64,000 nt of DNA from Neodothiora populina (Eukaryota), in the NCBI RefSeq assembly GCF_041146345.1, contig NW_027191405.1, forward strand, positions 434,001-498,000, read 5' to 3'. This document shows, in pieces, positions 1 through 13,704 of the stretch. Within the stretch, counting starts at the first letter, position 1. The number at the start of each line of letters is the position of its first letter. A program made the position numbers and the translations under genes. Below the pieces are notes generated by a model. That model was not told the origin of the DNA. It did not search any database and worked only from the letters and a program-made list of their open reading frames with translations.

Positions 1-362
1 ATATCTGAGATGCAAGTAGATGTCCGACATAGCGGAAAGATATCAAAGACGAGAGAAGTCGTGAACGTATAGAGTAAAAGAAACAGGAGAAGAAGAAAAA
101 TTTGCATGTCAGGGTATATATCTACATATCTCAATCAATTCGTTCCACACCGCATCGAACCATACCGTACCGTACCGTACATTCAACCTCAAGACCTGCT
201 CTGCCCTTATTACTATTGGGAGGTTCTTGTTCAAATCTCTCGTATTCGTATCTTGTTCCAGTAGTCTCTCCCGATCAGGTTCCTGGATCCTCATGTTCTG
301 CTTCGACGGTGTCCATTCCAAGACGTCGCAAGCGGCCTTATCTTTTCTTGTCGTAGTCCTTC

Positions 363-3337
363 TCAGCTCCGGTATGGCTCAATGTCCTGCATCATATCAA
401 AAGGCAGGTCCTGCCAGTTCCACGGGAACGGAAAGGGCATCTGCGCGAGAGCTTCCCACGCGTCTTGTCCTTCGAATGTCTGTTTTCGGGTAGTGTCAGC
501 ATTACTTTACTCTCTACGACCAATACAGGGTATGGCAGATATGCGACTGGAAAAGGACAAGACGCAAAGAAACAGAGCAAAACACTGACCTGTCCGCCAC
601 AACTACTAGGAGCACCGTAACCCATAGTAGTAGCAGACATCCCACCCATATCGTGAGGCGCAGGATTGTTGTCAAGATTCATCCGTCGAATATGTTCCAA
701 GGCCTCTGCGTTCAGTCCTGCCATCTGACCGGATTGGTCATGCATGCTGCTGCTACCAGCCGCAGCCGCCGGGTTCCATTGGAAGCCACTGCCTGGTAGT
801 GAGTTTGGTGTGAGTTGTTGAAGTGGTTGTTGACTGGCGTGATATTGTTCTTGTGTGCTGACGGACGCCGTGGAGATAGGTGGATGATGCGCCAGGTTTA
901 TTTCATGTTGATCTCGAGGATATGGCTGTGGTGGCATCTGTTGCTGCGATTGCTGCTGCTGTGGCTGCTGCTGTTGTGGTTGCTGTGGCTGCTGCTGATA
1001 CGGCTGATATTGCTGCTGCTCCGCACGCTGTTCTGCTTCCTTCTCGTCGCTGACTGTTATTCTTGCTGCTCGCAGTAGTTCCTTCATAATTGCAAGAAAC
1101 AAATGTCCATGACTTTCAATGTTCTCGCCGGAGAATCGTGATGTGTATTCAATAAGTGTTTCGGCAGCCTTGAGCTCATCAGGATCCCGGATGGGATGTG
1201 GAAGTTTGTTGATAAAGAGGATAACAAAGATGGACAACGGAAAATGTGTCCCGGCCCTGCAAGACATGTCAGAGAATGTGCTGCATCACGACCAAAAAAA
1301 AGGCTCCCTTACCAGAAAAAGCTCTCCGCTTCGTGCGGTATAGCTCCCAGCACATCAATGGACTTCTTCGCAGCCTCCACGCATCGCTCGGAAAAGACAA
1401 ACTGCAGTGGATCCGATTTCCTCCTTGCGCTATCACTGCTCGGACCCGGTCTTCCATTGCGGTATGCCTTCATCCGGTGTATCGTGATCACAGAGTAATG
1501 GTATTCAAGATGTAGACGAGCCATTTCGAAACTAAAAGGCTGGCACCAGGCGTCAATTGGATGGCCGGGTCGCACGCTAATGGGAAGTGCTTCTCGCCAT
1601 TGTTGGAGCTTTTCGTCCAGCTCAAGCACGGCGACGGTGATCTCGGCCTCGGAGCGTGATACGGTAACCGTGGAATAAAGTCGATACAAAATCTCTGCTT
1701 GAATCCTGGCCATCCAGGCGTTGAAATAGAACATATCCACGGTGTCGGTGTCTCCCTCCCGATTGGTTATTTCCAAGGAGTCTCCCAGCATGCTCTCCGG
1801 GAGCGCCAGTTTGCTGCCATGCAGCGCCTGTGCCGGTGGACGTCCGGTTCGGAACGAAGTCGCCTGATCGACTATCACTGCACACCAGAAAACCTGGTGC
1901 CGTTGCTCTCTTTCGAATGCGCTGATGTTGTTGAGGTTCGTGGTCTCGTGGAGTCCGATTGCATGGGAGGTCCGGACCGCGGCACTGGCCAAAAAGAAAC
2001 TCGGTTGTGGGTTCGACGTCCCAAGAAAATAGACGCACAATGCTACTAAAGCCTGCACTGATGCAAAGGTAGTATTGAGCATTAGTATCTCCAACATCAC
2101 ATCGAGGGCATTCTTGGCAAAGCCCCAGGGGGCGTCTTGATCTGTATTGTCGCGGTCCAGTTCACATCTGCGTCGTTGAGCTATTGCCAGGACTGCATTC
2201 AACGAAGCCCACCATCCGGGCGTCCTGATAGGGTTACCAGAGTACTGCTGGCTTAACAGACTCATGAAAGTCGGCGGATGGAAGATGGGCAGCGCCTTGT
2301 GAAAGTTCTGGAAGTACTCCTCGACCAGTCCGAGCGCTTCGGACCATGGAGGAAGGGGCCAGGTTGATTCACGTCTGATGGTATCTTGAAGTACAGGATG
2401 CGTCCATTTGGTCCATCTACAGTCTTCATCCAGTGTCGTCCGCAGTGACCGATGGACGGATGGGTCACGTGTGTGCGAGGCTATCCATTGTAGACCAGGA
2501 CTGGAGAACATGGACAGAGAAGATCCGGGACCAAAGTATCTCAGATCGCCAGTTCGCCCTCGAGCGAGTACGGCGCTTTGACCTACCACGTCTTCGGATC
2601 GCTGGCGAGAGTGAGAGTGTGCACTAGCTGTATGCACAGTGGAAACGGACGCCGACTTCTCTCGATGTCGACCTCGCAGGGGCTCATCGGGTTCCGCAGC
2701 GCCAGAGTTGCCGAGCTTCGTCTCGACATGTCGTAATCGTTGCTCCAATTGTTGCACATAGGTAGGTCTATGTTAGATGAGAAAAGACATGTCGAGTCAG
2801 CAAAACCGAGTGGCAAATACAGTGCAGTGAAAGAACAATCCATACCCTCGACTTCGACGGACGGGTCCTTCCTTTTCAAAGTCCGCGTACACACACTCGA
2901 TGCCGTGTAGGCTACAGCGCGAGCAGATAGGTCTTAGACCGTCACATCTGATCTTGCGCTTCCGACATGCATCACAGGCCTGGGTGAATACCGAATAAAC
3001 GTCAGCGAGTCATTCGTCTTAATCGGCACATTTCGCTCGTGCCGCCGTCGTCACGAACAGTCAACGGCGACTCGTGTTGCTTTACGTGGAGACCCTTTTT
3101 TCGCAATAATCCTGTGTAGCTCAAAGCAAAAAAAAGAAAACAAAGAGTCAGGTTCTATCCCACCTTCGCAGTACGTCGTTTCCAGCCCCGGGTCCGCTCG
3201 GTCGTGGGTCTGGCGCGTTGCGCATCGGACGACTCAGTCTGTGGGTTGCTACTCGAAGAGGCCGAAGCTGTTGACGATGGCCCCGCCGCTGCCAAAGAAG
3301 CAGCAGAAGACTGCGACTCTACGCTGTTGTGGTCCAT
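363..3337 (-). CDS. Zn(II)2Cys6 fungal transcription factor with fungal-specific TF (middle homology) domain, multi-exon
   Basis: ATG at 3337 (MDHNSVESQ...RRTAK); intron 3163-2980; exon 2 encodes ACDACRKRKIRCDGLRPICSRCSLHGIECVY (six-Cys binuclear cluster). ORF 1309-2757 has YFQNFHKALPIFHPPTF, AVRTSHAIGLH and EQRHQVFWCAVIVDQ...GRPP. Poly-Q segment; last exon TFEGQDAW...EPYRS* ends at TGA 363-365. Confidence 0.92.
940..1020. repeat. Imperfect (CAG/CTG)n microsatellite encoding a poly-Q/P tract of the transcription factor
   Basis: Runs of tgctgctgc/tgtggc translating on the minus strand to QQQQYQPYQQQPQQPQQQQPQQQQSQQQ. Confidence 0.8.
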
Positions 3338-5021
3338 TGTCACGTCGCCAAAGGAGTGAAGAACCGTGCTCAATCATATACCAGATATAAAGACAAGGCG
3401 GCAACGTCGGCGGCTGCGACAGCTCTCCATCAAGGCAAAGACAAGGGGAGCGGGGAGGGTTTCAATGCACTCACCAAGAGCCAAAGGGCACTCGAAAGGC
3501 AAAACCATGTTCCCCCGAACCTCGAGATTAAGTAAGGTATGGCGTTTACCGCACAGGACGGCACTACGCAGCCGTATTGGCTCGTCTAGACCCTGGAGCG
3601 ATCACCGTGGGAATGCGGGGGAGAGGCTGACAGATTGATTGAGACAGGCGCCGGGACCGTCCCATCGGAACCATACCACTGTGGGTAATGTTGGGGACGA
3701 TTACTGAACGACATTGATAGAACCATGACTTATTTTGGGCGATCAAACTCTGCATCGTCTACAGTCGCACTTCATACATAGAATGTAAGATCGATCCACC
3801 TCTGTTGCCAGCGATCGTCCTGAAAACCAGGATACGAAGCTTCACCACAGAGTGACCAGCTCTGGGAGCTGACGAACCACCCTCCGAGGGCGCAGCAGAG
3901 TTGCCATGTACAATCAGGTAAGGTTATGTACAGCAGCGGCGCAGTAGGGCCCTCCAAAAGCCACGTACCGATGGCACAGCTACCGAAACCGAAGACATGC
4001 ATGCACAGTGGACCTTTTGGACTACTACCTTACTGAACAATCGATTGCACGATGCACGTGCATCCTCGTCTCGGACGACTAGTCTAAACCTAAAGCGGGT
4101 ATCGCACAAAGCAAGAGACAAAGAAGATCGAAGTCGTTATCCGACTCGTCCAGCGGAGGCGGGCGTGACGGATGAACAGCAAGGAAGTTCGGCTATATGC
4201 AAGCTGCAACCACACTACAGTTATGCGATCTGCGAACAAGTTGCGTGTATATCATCAATCTCAAATTGTCCACGGAGACGGAAGAATTATACAGCAAAAG
4301 ACAGCGCACACGGTACTGTAAGTAACGAGATAGTTCGGGCAAGGGAACAGGTGGCTTGTCTGACTGTAGCGTTTGTTTGCGAGATCGATGGGGCAGCATG
4401 AGGTAGTTGGTACTGAGGAGTACGGACTTGGTTCGGGGAAAATGATATGACCGTAAACCACCTTAAGGTTTCGTAGATGATAACAATGAAACTTTAATAA
4501 GCTATTCGAAGCAGTGCATGGGCAACGGTACGACCAGCGGTGTGCTTTGCAAATGGGTCACGAGCAGAGTTCAGATGACAAAATGAAGAATGGTCTCGGT
4601 AGTAGAAGAGGTGATAGTCGGGTACCTTGGTATCGGTTCGAGTGTCATTCCTGAGTCATGAACCAAGGTTTCGACGCCCCCATGAACATTGTATCAATGG
4701 GAGTGAACTCAGATGGATGTTTGGTCCCGCTCACGCCTCCCGAGGTCTAATTTGCAAGTGTTTGGCAGCATGTGGACGGGTGTTGGGGTATCTTGTACAG
4801 TAAGAAAATATGACGATTGTGTCCGTTGCAGTGACCATCATGTGGGAGAAGAAACAAGAATGTGAACAACGTTAGGAATATCGGCCGAATGCTGAATCAC
4901 AACCGGTGATCGCGCCACAGCAGGTACCTATCTGACGAGTAGGCTGAGAAAGGTCTCGGCTCTATCTTTATCTGTGTTTCTGCTGATGGCAGGCATGCCT
5001 GACCCTCGGCGTGTGGAGGGG

Positions 5022-6576
5022 CTAACCCAAAGAAACAAAGGCAGGATTGTCACCCTGCTTGACGAGGATGTCTCTGATCTCATCTGTGCCTGACTTTTCA
5101 GCGCTGTTGATGTTGCTCGAGCCACTACCGTTACCTCTCAAGGCTTTGGGGCTGTTGTCGCCCATGTTGTCCGACATCAGGCCTTCGCTCTGTTTCCTGG
5201 CAGCGGCCAGCTGTTTCTTCTCTTCCTCTTCCCACTGCGCGACCGAGGAGGCAAACTTGATGGAACCTAGGATCATGGCGACGCAGATGGCGAGAGCAGA
5301 AATGGCGCGTTTGGTGATGATCCAGCGCACGCCCTCGACGTCGGATCTAGAATCGGAATTGAGAGACACGGTGATGCGGTAGTTGAGTTCTTGGATCTGT
5401 GGGGGAGAAGTGTCAGTCAGCGCTGGATGAGCAGATATAAAAATGTTGACATACCTTGCGCTCGGCGTCTCTCTGATCGTTCCTCACAAACATCTTTCGG
5501 TCGTCAAACATGCCCTTGAGTTCATCCTTCATGGTAGCGCTCTCCTGTGTCATTCTCTGACTCAGTATCTCAACCTCGTGCTGAAGCTGGGTGCGGTCGG
5601 TCCTGGACCGCTCGCCCTCTGCGGTGCGCTTCATCTGGATCTCTGTCTTGAGCTCGCTGCAGGCCGCGCTGAAGAGGTAGCTCTCGTTTTCTACGTTGGA
5701 TTTGGAGACGAGGCCATGGTGGGCAAGATCCATGTTCTCGGAGAGGATGAGACGCACGGCCTTCATGAGAGTGATGGCCTGTGCCTGGGTCCAGCCTCCC
5801 TCTTCCAGCCGGCGCACCAGGCCATACGTGTCAAAGTGGTGGATATAAGGAGGAGTGGAAATGTGCGGTGGTTTTCGCTGGCCGAGGCGAGGCTGTTCTT
5901 GCTGCGCATCAGCATTTGGCTGTTGTGTTTGCTCTGTAGACGCAGGTTGCGGGGGTCCGGTGTAGGTGCTCGCTGAGCCGGCCGAGTCAGTAGAGTCTGC
6001 GGCGGCCATGTTCAGGACAGTTTCGAGCGGTCTCGCGTGTATCTGGGGCTGGGGAGAAGGTCCTGCTAAAGGCGCCGACTCTGTGCCGTCCACGACAGGC
6101 GTTGGTGGTAATTTCCCAGTCGGAGGCAGGGCCTCGATTGCTCTCTGGTCTTCCTGCTGCTGCTGCTGCTGCTCCGCCGGCGGCTCCGTCTCCTGAGGGG
6201 TCCCCTTGATCTTGTTTGCCTGTTTCCGCTTCTCTTTGGCCGTAGTCCCCGCCTTGGCCTTGATGGCTACAGCTGCAGCATCCTGCTCATTCTCCAACGC
6301 CGCCTCTGACTTGGCTGCTGTTCTGGTGTCTTCGTCGGCCTCGGGCGTCGTCGCAGTGACCAGCTCTTTTGACTTGGCCTCTGGTTTCCCGCGTTCCAGG
6401 TGTGGCGGAGGCTCGTTGGCAGTGCCGTATCTCTGATGCACGGCGGGAGGTTGTCTTTTTCTATTCGTTGTCGTGAATGCTCGTCTCGCGGATCGTGAAG
6501 CCTCCCTGACCGTCGCGGGCTTGACCGCCGGGGCGAACAGAAAGGGGTAGAGGAAAGTCAAGCGCGGCGCCGACAT
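5022..6576 (-). CDS. DUF1640 / CCDC90-MCUR1-like mitochondrial coiled-coil membrane protein (yeast Put7/Fmp32 family)
   Basis: Arg-rich N-terminal presequence-like start MSAPRLTFLYPFLF; HFDTYGLVRRLEEGGWTQAQAITLMKAV motif; coiled coil; intron near 5453-5398; second exon IQELNYRITVSLNSD...VRWIITKRA plus a hydrophobic segment. Confidence 0.85.
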
Positions 6577-7474
6577 CTGGGGGGTTTGCAGGTAGACGTC
6601 GCTGGTGCAGGCGATGTAGAGAGCGAATGCGGTTGGTTGTGACGGGACTCTGTCTGTTGTCGGCCGAAGGGGGGTGGGGGGCTGTCAGAGTCGGAAATGT
6701 TTCCAAGGCAGGTGGGGGACCCTTGAATTGATCGAATGAGGAAGGAGAGTGAGAGTGAGAGTGCCTGTGACGCCGACGTCTACAGTACCTCAAAGCACGT
6801 ACCGCACAATAACAACAGCAGCACAAGACAAGGATGGCCATCTTTCCCCCTTGATCTCTTCTAAATATGGATACCGAGATATTCTACTTGCACCAGGGTG
6901 CCTTACCTTAGCACTCCTCGTGCACTGACCAAACATCACTCGCACCCAAAGTAACCCAGGCCATCGACGCAGAGATAACAATAGTTATGATTCATAAACA
7001 CTAAGGTAAAATATTGGTATATGAAAACAAGCAGTGTCGAAAGCAACAATCACAAGTCCGAAAATCTCCTTGTCAAAGCATGGAGCCCTCGACGACCCAA
7101 GGACTCCTGATTCCTTACACAATCCCGTTTTCCAATCATTGAACTCCAGCCCAAGGTTCATCCATTTCCTCGGTGTTTCAACGCAATATGTCTCCCGCAA
7201 GTAAGAGACCCCCAAGTCGCTCCATTCTTTCCCTTTTCCCCAGGCGCCCAGATGTGTTTTTTTTGGCAAATGTCGCCCCATAATTGCGCCGTTTTGTTGC
7301 TGTGTGTGCATGTGTGTCAAGTGGTATGAGTTATGTGGTTCGTTAATCATGTCGAAATACAATCAGACAGTGCTGATCAATCAATGCTGCAGATAAGTAA
7401 CAGAAAAGCCGTTCCTTGCAAGGCCTTTCCTTTGCAATGTACATGGTGCTGTCAGGCGGATGCTCATTTGTTCG

Positions 7475-10400
7475 CTAGTGGCCCATCTCGTAGACGCTTG
7501 GCTCATTGCTCTGTACAGATCCCTTACGGCTGGCCGGTGCACCTTCTGTCGCGTCACCGTTGACACTGGCCACCGAGCTGGTTTGGACACTCCTGGTGTC
7601 AGATGTCAGTGGAGGTGGCGTCGTCGCTGCACTGATGCTGTGGCTTTGGTATGCCACCGGGGCGTGCAAAGATCCGTAGGGAGCGAATCGGTGCATCTTC
7701 TTCTCAATCGACATGACCTGCTTGCCGCATCCCAAGCGCTTGGCCTTTGCCATTTCAGGCTGCAGCAGCGACATAAATGTATAGTACTCGCGTTCGTTCA
7801 ACACATCAAGCAGCTTCTGGATGACATAGTTCCCGTAGTTGTCTCTGATGAAGCTGAGGAGCATGCCCTCGCCCTCGCGGCGGTTGCCTTGAACAATAAT
7901 GTCCAGTACCTCACGACGCCATGCGTCCGATGCGTGAGTGAGGCATTGCTCGACAACGTTGCTGGCAAACTTGTGCTTGCTGTACCCTTCCAGACCCTTG
8001 ATGACAAGGTCGAGCACCTTCTGCTTATCGTGTGCCTCTCCGTGCTCTACCACGTGCTGAACCACGTAGTTGCCGAAACCATCACCTATCAGCCCCGGCA
8101 TGCTGTCCTGCAGTTCGCGAAGGATCGCTTGCCGAGTAGGTAATTCGCAATGCTCGAGACAGCGCTGGATCACACGACAACCGTACGTGTGGATACTCAG
8201 CGTGTGTATCTGATTGGTGAAAGCACTGAAGATGAAGTCAATGTCCTTGGCGTCACAGCGCTCGATGGCCTTCTGGATGACATGGTTGCCGTTTTGATCC
8301 TTGACACATCGGATGATGTCGTCCTTGAGCTCACGGATCAGGGAAGCCTGTTGGTCGTTGAGAATGTGGTCAAGAGCCTGTTTCATCATGTCAGCTACGT
8401 CGCTCTGCTACCAGCGCTCAACTGCGAGATTTTGATTTCACCTTTTGTACGACTCTGCATCCGTACATCTGCAGCGAGAGTGTTCGGACGTGCCCTTTCA
8501 TCTTGTTCGCCAAGATCTTCTTCTGTGTCTGGTCGCCATGTTCAAAGAACTTCTGGATCACGTAGTTGCCGAACACATCCGTCATCAACTGCAGAGCGTT
8601 CGGCTGGATCTCGCGAAAGGTGCGCTCCTTCTCGTCACTGTTTGCCGACTCCAACTTGAGCTGGATGAAGCGAGAACCGTGTTGGTCGCCACTGAACTCC
8701 ACAACATGGTCGTATATGTCCTACATCAGTCAGTAAAAAGTCATACCAGCACGAGCATCATATTCTCTCACCTTTAGGTCGTATCTCTTGTTGGTCTTTG
8801 CATTCTGCTTGAAGTCCTCGAGAAGTTGACTGCGGACGCCCTGGCCGGTTTCGTGGGTTTCTCGAGGTCCTCTGGGAACAGCGGCCATGTCCATGACGGG
8901 TGCAACACCGACAGGAAATCCATGAGGGAAGTTCGGGTGAGGTACAGGCATGCCATACAAGGGCATGACCTCGCGGAACGGGTACTGGCCGTATACATTT
9001 GGCTGCATCTGTCTCAACATGGCAAGATGGCGAGGGTCCTGAAGTAAAGGCTGCTCTTGATAATGCACGGGCAATGAGCGCAGCTTCTGCTCCAGGGCAG
9101 CAGCATGACTATGAGGGGTGCTTTGATAGCCATTTGTCAGAGCATGCCCGCTAGGTTGGTCGAATGTGCGCTGCGAAGCGGCACTTCCGGGATAATGAGC
9201 GGGCTGTCTTGAATATTGAGCGGCATTGCTGACATAGGTCCGACCATCGTAGCGAGGAGTACGGAAGTTGACTGCATCCGGAAGTGGCTGTCCAGAACGT
9301 GCGTCTCCAGCATACAAGGCGCGTGTCATCTCTTCGACATCTTCTGACTCGGCGGTGAAATTATACGCAACACGGGACACGGCCCTCGAAGATATAGGCG
9401 AGGTATCGTAGGCGGAGGGCGAAGGTCCAAGCCGGGGAGGAACGCTGGAATGTTGCTGGTTGTGCATATCTAATTTGTCTCCCGTTATGCTCATTTGTCC
9501 TGCCTGAGCTGTCATGTAGGCTATCGGGCTGTCGAATCGGTTGGCCGCGGCAACGTTCGCACGCGAAGTGCCCGTCACGCTATTCTGACGTAGCAGGTTT
9601 GCAGTCGCTTGCGCATCAGGGTAGATCTCTGCTCGCACTGGATACTGCGGAGGCACGTCGCTGTGTCGTGATGGCGGAAGACTGTTGTTGCGTGACGAGG
9701 CCTGACTATGATACCCCAATCCCCCATTGCCCAAGCTCTTTCTTTCATCAACGGGAGAGTGCGATGCGATGCCGTCACCCCAGGCAGAATCGACAGCTCG
9801 AGATACGGGCGGCTTGGTCGTCGAGTTGAACTTGGTGAAGACCTGTGGAGCCTCGTTGGCCATTGAAGCAGTGGGGATCTCGAATGCGGTTGCGAATGGC
9901 GCCATTGACCCATTGCTGGCGTTCAGGCTGACCGGTGCATGCCGGGTGGAATAGGTAGATATGGAAGCGTGTCGCGGAGCTCCAGTGTAGACTTGTGATA
10001 TGTTGGCTGTGGACGGCTCACGCGTGGAAGCATAGGTGGAATCAGACGACTTGAAATCGTGGGCAGGGCGATCGGTGACCTTGGAGGACGAAAAGGACGC
10101 GGAGCGAGCGAACCATCCATCACTCTCCGAGACCGATGAGTCGACTAAAGCGCCAGATCCTGTCTTGCCTTCGATGTTGTCTTTCGCTAGTGGCTTAAGG
10201 CTAGCATCTGGAATGTTCATGTGAGTCTTGCGAGTAGTTGAAGCTTCAGACGAAGGACACCACGAACCTCTGGAGGAAGAAAGAACATCGCGCGTCGAAG
10301 CAGGTGCTCCTAGACCACTGACAGAAGACGGCACGCCGCTGATGTTCCATATCGAATTCTCGCCCCACCTGCTGGAAGGTCTGCGACCGGACAGATTGTT

Positions 10401-10529
10401 GGCGGTCGCACGAGGCTGGGTTGGGTCATCAACGAGCCTGTCCTGATCCATTTGCGAGCCAGCTCTTGATGAACGCATCAAGAAAGAGCTCGGTAGACTT
10501 GGCTGATTGTTATTCTGAACCGAAGACAT
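7475..10529 (-). CDS. PUF3: Pumilio-family RNA-binding protein, Puf3 type (8 PUF repeats)
   Basis: Repeat recognition triplets read SRFIQ, NYVIQ, CRVVQ, NHVIQ, CRVIQ, NYVVQ, SNVVE, NYVIQ, the canonical Pum/Puf3 set. Long low-complexity N-terminus; introns near 10257-10208, 8771-8721 and 8440-8380. Start placed at the first in-frame ATG (uncertain). Confidence 0.9.
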
Positions 10530-13500
10530 TATGTGCGAAGACTCGGGTGGAGAGAGTGGAATTAGTTGGACTTCTGCTGCCGAGTCTGGATGGCCTGTCT
10601 GAAATGGCAAGAGCGTGTGGCAGCACTAATGGCAGTGAATATGTAGACGGACTGATCAAGAACGAGAGATTATGAACGTGAGGATATGGCAGCAGTATTA
10701 TGTGCAGCAGTGTTGCAGACCTGACGATACGGAAGGGACTGGTTGGTAGAGGTCAGTATCTTCTGCCAGCACGTGCTTGCAGTGAAAGTGCCAGAGGTAA
10801 GGTAGGTAATCCATGGACGTACTGTGATGCTTAGGGCAGCTGTCTTTTGGTCTGACAACGGTTGTACCTGGGCGGGGTACTTGTTTTACAGCGGCATGTA
10901 CAGAAAGGGGCGTAGGGATGGAATAGATGACGAGAGTCAAAGGTAAGGACGACAGTCCCAGTGATGTAGCTGTATGCACAGAGAAAATCACCCGTCTGCA
11001 AGGTGGGTGCGAGAGTGATATGTGCAATTTCAACAGGCAACAGCAGGTGCAGCAACAGCAGCAGGAGCTCCTGCGTTGACACGGCTTCGAGGGCGAGAAT
11101 GCGCGCCTCTGAGTCGCATGGAAGGTGAAGAGTGCTTCAATCGCATCCCATACGCGCTCTGAATTATTGCGGAGTCTGGGTTACGACCTGACTTGTGGCT
11201 AACTGACAGCAAGATGACAGCAAGGGACTGGAGATGGAAGGGGGGAGGGATGGGAAAAAGAGCTTGTTAGGAATGCGGCTAGCAAAGTTGTCAAAGTTGC
11301 GGCGATCTCTTGTGCTATGATTAAAAGCTGACTGGGATGATGCTGCAAGCCAAGCCCCAGAGGCAAGCAGAGCAGAGACAAGCGGTAAAAGCAGCAGAGA
11401 GAGCTGTATGTCTAGGAATTATCAACAGGAATAAAAAGTCAGGCTGCAGTCGTGTGTTATCAGGGGAAAAAGAAGGTGTACAGAACAAGTACAGTTAACA
11501 CGGCACTGTAGGTCTAGATTGATGGAGAGGGCGCATGACAATCATCGACCCTAGACGCTCCTAAGCTCATGTCGCGCCAGGGACACAGGGACCTCCCGTT
11601 TGCGCTTTCCCTGTGCGAGTCTAGCTATCCCGAAAGCCGCCTCTCCCCCAAGCCCGGAAGTCACTTGAATCTGAGCCGCACGGTTCGATGTGATCTGGTG
11701 TCAGCTTCTCCCGGCAAGCCAGTGGAGATCGGATTGCTTAGTGAGTTCCTGTAGTACGGGGTCGCCTCAACGGTGCAGCAGCAGCAGCAACAGCAGCAGA
11801 ATCGAAAGAGACGGGTCCTGTTTGTGTAGAATGTAGCGTACTAGTAGACACCTTGGGTTAATGCTCGAATATCCCTATCAAAATAGCAAGTACTACTTTA
11901 CTATCGACTATTATAGCATAGGTTAGCGACACTGCCCCCTTCCACTCTGACACACTGTACGCGTCTGCTCCGGTTAGGCATTTGTTGGAGAGGGGTCGCT
12001 GTGCGTTCAACGCCCATTTGATCCAGCTAAGGCGCACAGAAGCTGGCACGAAACTTGTACCTTGCCTTACCTTGCCTTAGCCAACACTTGCGCCATCCGC
12101 CTTATCGATGCCGCTGATAGCACAGAACCATTTATCTGCGCACCGGTCAAGGGGTAAGGAACGACAACCACAACTCATATTATCTACAGCGGAGTTGGTC
12201 GTGTGTAATTTCTACTCAATATTTCCCACTACTTTCTTGTGTCTGTCGCTGCCTCCTGCCGTCTTGGATCTACCGCGTGAGTTCCTGACTTCTACCCACC
12301 CGTTCAAGATCTGCCATTCCATAGACGTCGGATCGGACAAACAGCCAGATCCCGTGTGCGAGTCAACGTCAATCTCACTTCTGATGCAAATGCCTTGATC
12401 ATCGACTCGTCACGCCACGAAAGTGCGGAGAGACCAGACAAGCGATTCCCGGTCGCGTGTGCACGACTTGGGTCTTGTCTTCGGACCTTGCAGCACCGGT
12501 GCACTCGACAACAAAGTAGCTGCAGACCTTGCATGCGACACCGACGTTGAGCGGCAACCCCAATTTGCCTCTTTGCACGTGGAACAGATCAGTTGGCCAT
12601 ATTGCTTCCCTACGTATCCGTGGCACCTTGAAAGCGTACAAGTGCGAGGTCCAGTGACAATGTAGCACAGTCTCATGGAGCGTTTGTGGAGGATCCTGTA
12701 GCTGCTTCTTGGGATCATGCTTCAGTCTTACCTCAACTGGATCGACTGCATGCAGTAAGCCAGCTCATTAGCAAATTCAATGCATCGACTGCTTTGGCAT
12801 TGTGGCATACAGCAATCCGATTAGCGTTTCGTTTCGCAGTCATCGTACATGACAAGTCGGGCATCCCTCCACATTCTGTTTTACTTCACCGACCAAATGT
12901 GCCTAGATTGAAGCTGTATGCGGCTTTGCTTTTGCATCCTCAGGTCGAAATCATGCTATTGCTCTTGGCAAGGAATGCAAACAGTACCTCGGTCGGACGC
13001 ATGGCAACACGGCACCCAGCGCGGTGTCTACTCATCTGTTGCGCTTGATTTATCGTGTAACTCATAGTCCAATATGCTTCGGTTGCGGTTGGACTTTTGC
13101 TACTGAAGTACTCAGGTCGGTAAAAACAGCCAACCTTCTACTAAGTGGTACGACCTGAAACCTTGTATTGCAATCGACCTGACTCAAGCATATATCGGAT
13201 CGGGCTGCAGACCTTAAGCTGAGCTCCTTGAGTTGATGCGCTTGCCTGCCTACGTGGCTGCTTCTACGGCGATTGCAGCTGGTCCCTTCGCGCAGTAGCA
13301 GCCTAATCAATCATGGTTGTAGCCTTGCATTGCTTATCGAGCCATATGGATTGGCGGTCATGCAAGAAGCCTGCATGCGTACATGGACAACCCTGTACTC
13401 CTCATACCTGAGTAATGGCACCAACTTCGGATTGTTTGGCTGTGCTTGTAACATGTGGTTCCATGTGATCAAACACCAAGGCAGAATACGAGATACGTAC

Positions 13501-13641
13501 AGTTTGTCTGTTATTGCCTGATTAGCACCACAGTATATAGATGGTCTCGTCATACAGATATGTGCTCGAGTACATCGAGAGTTGATGGTCGAGGACATCG
13601 TGGGCGCATCTGATTAGCGGCCATTGTAGCTCTCCAGGCAA

Positions 13642-13704
13642 ATCAGGTAGATCAAGCAGATCGGGGAGATCAGGGTGATCTGCCGCATCAAGCGTATCAG
13701 AATC
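13642..13704. repeat. Degenerate 9-bp-period minisatellite (ATCNNNNNN x7)
   Basis: atcaggtag atcaagcag atcggggag atcagggtg atctgccgc atcaagcgt atcagaatc. Confidence 0.55.

Noticed and set aside
163..180. Short microsatellites such as (ACCGT)n here, CAT runs near 60595 and GCTGGT repeats near 51630
   Set aside because: Ordinary low-copy simple repeats with no associated structure.
7460..8143. Long antisense ORFs over PUF3 (and similar ones over EDE1, GPI13, TRS120 and the MFS gene)
   Set aside because: These are expected shadows of codon-biased coding sequence, with no independent domain signal.
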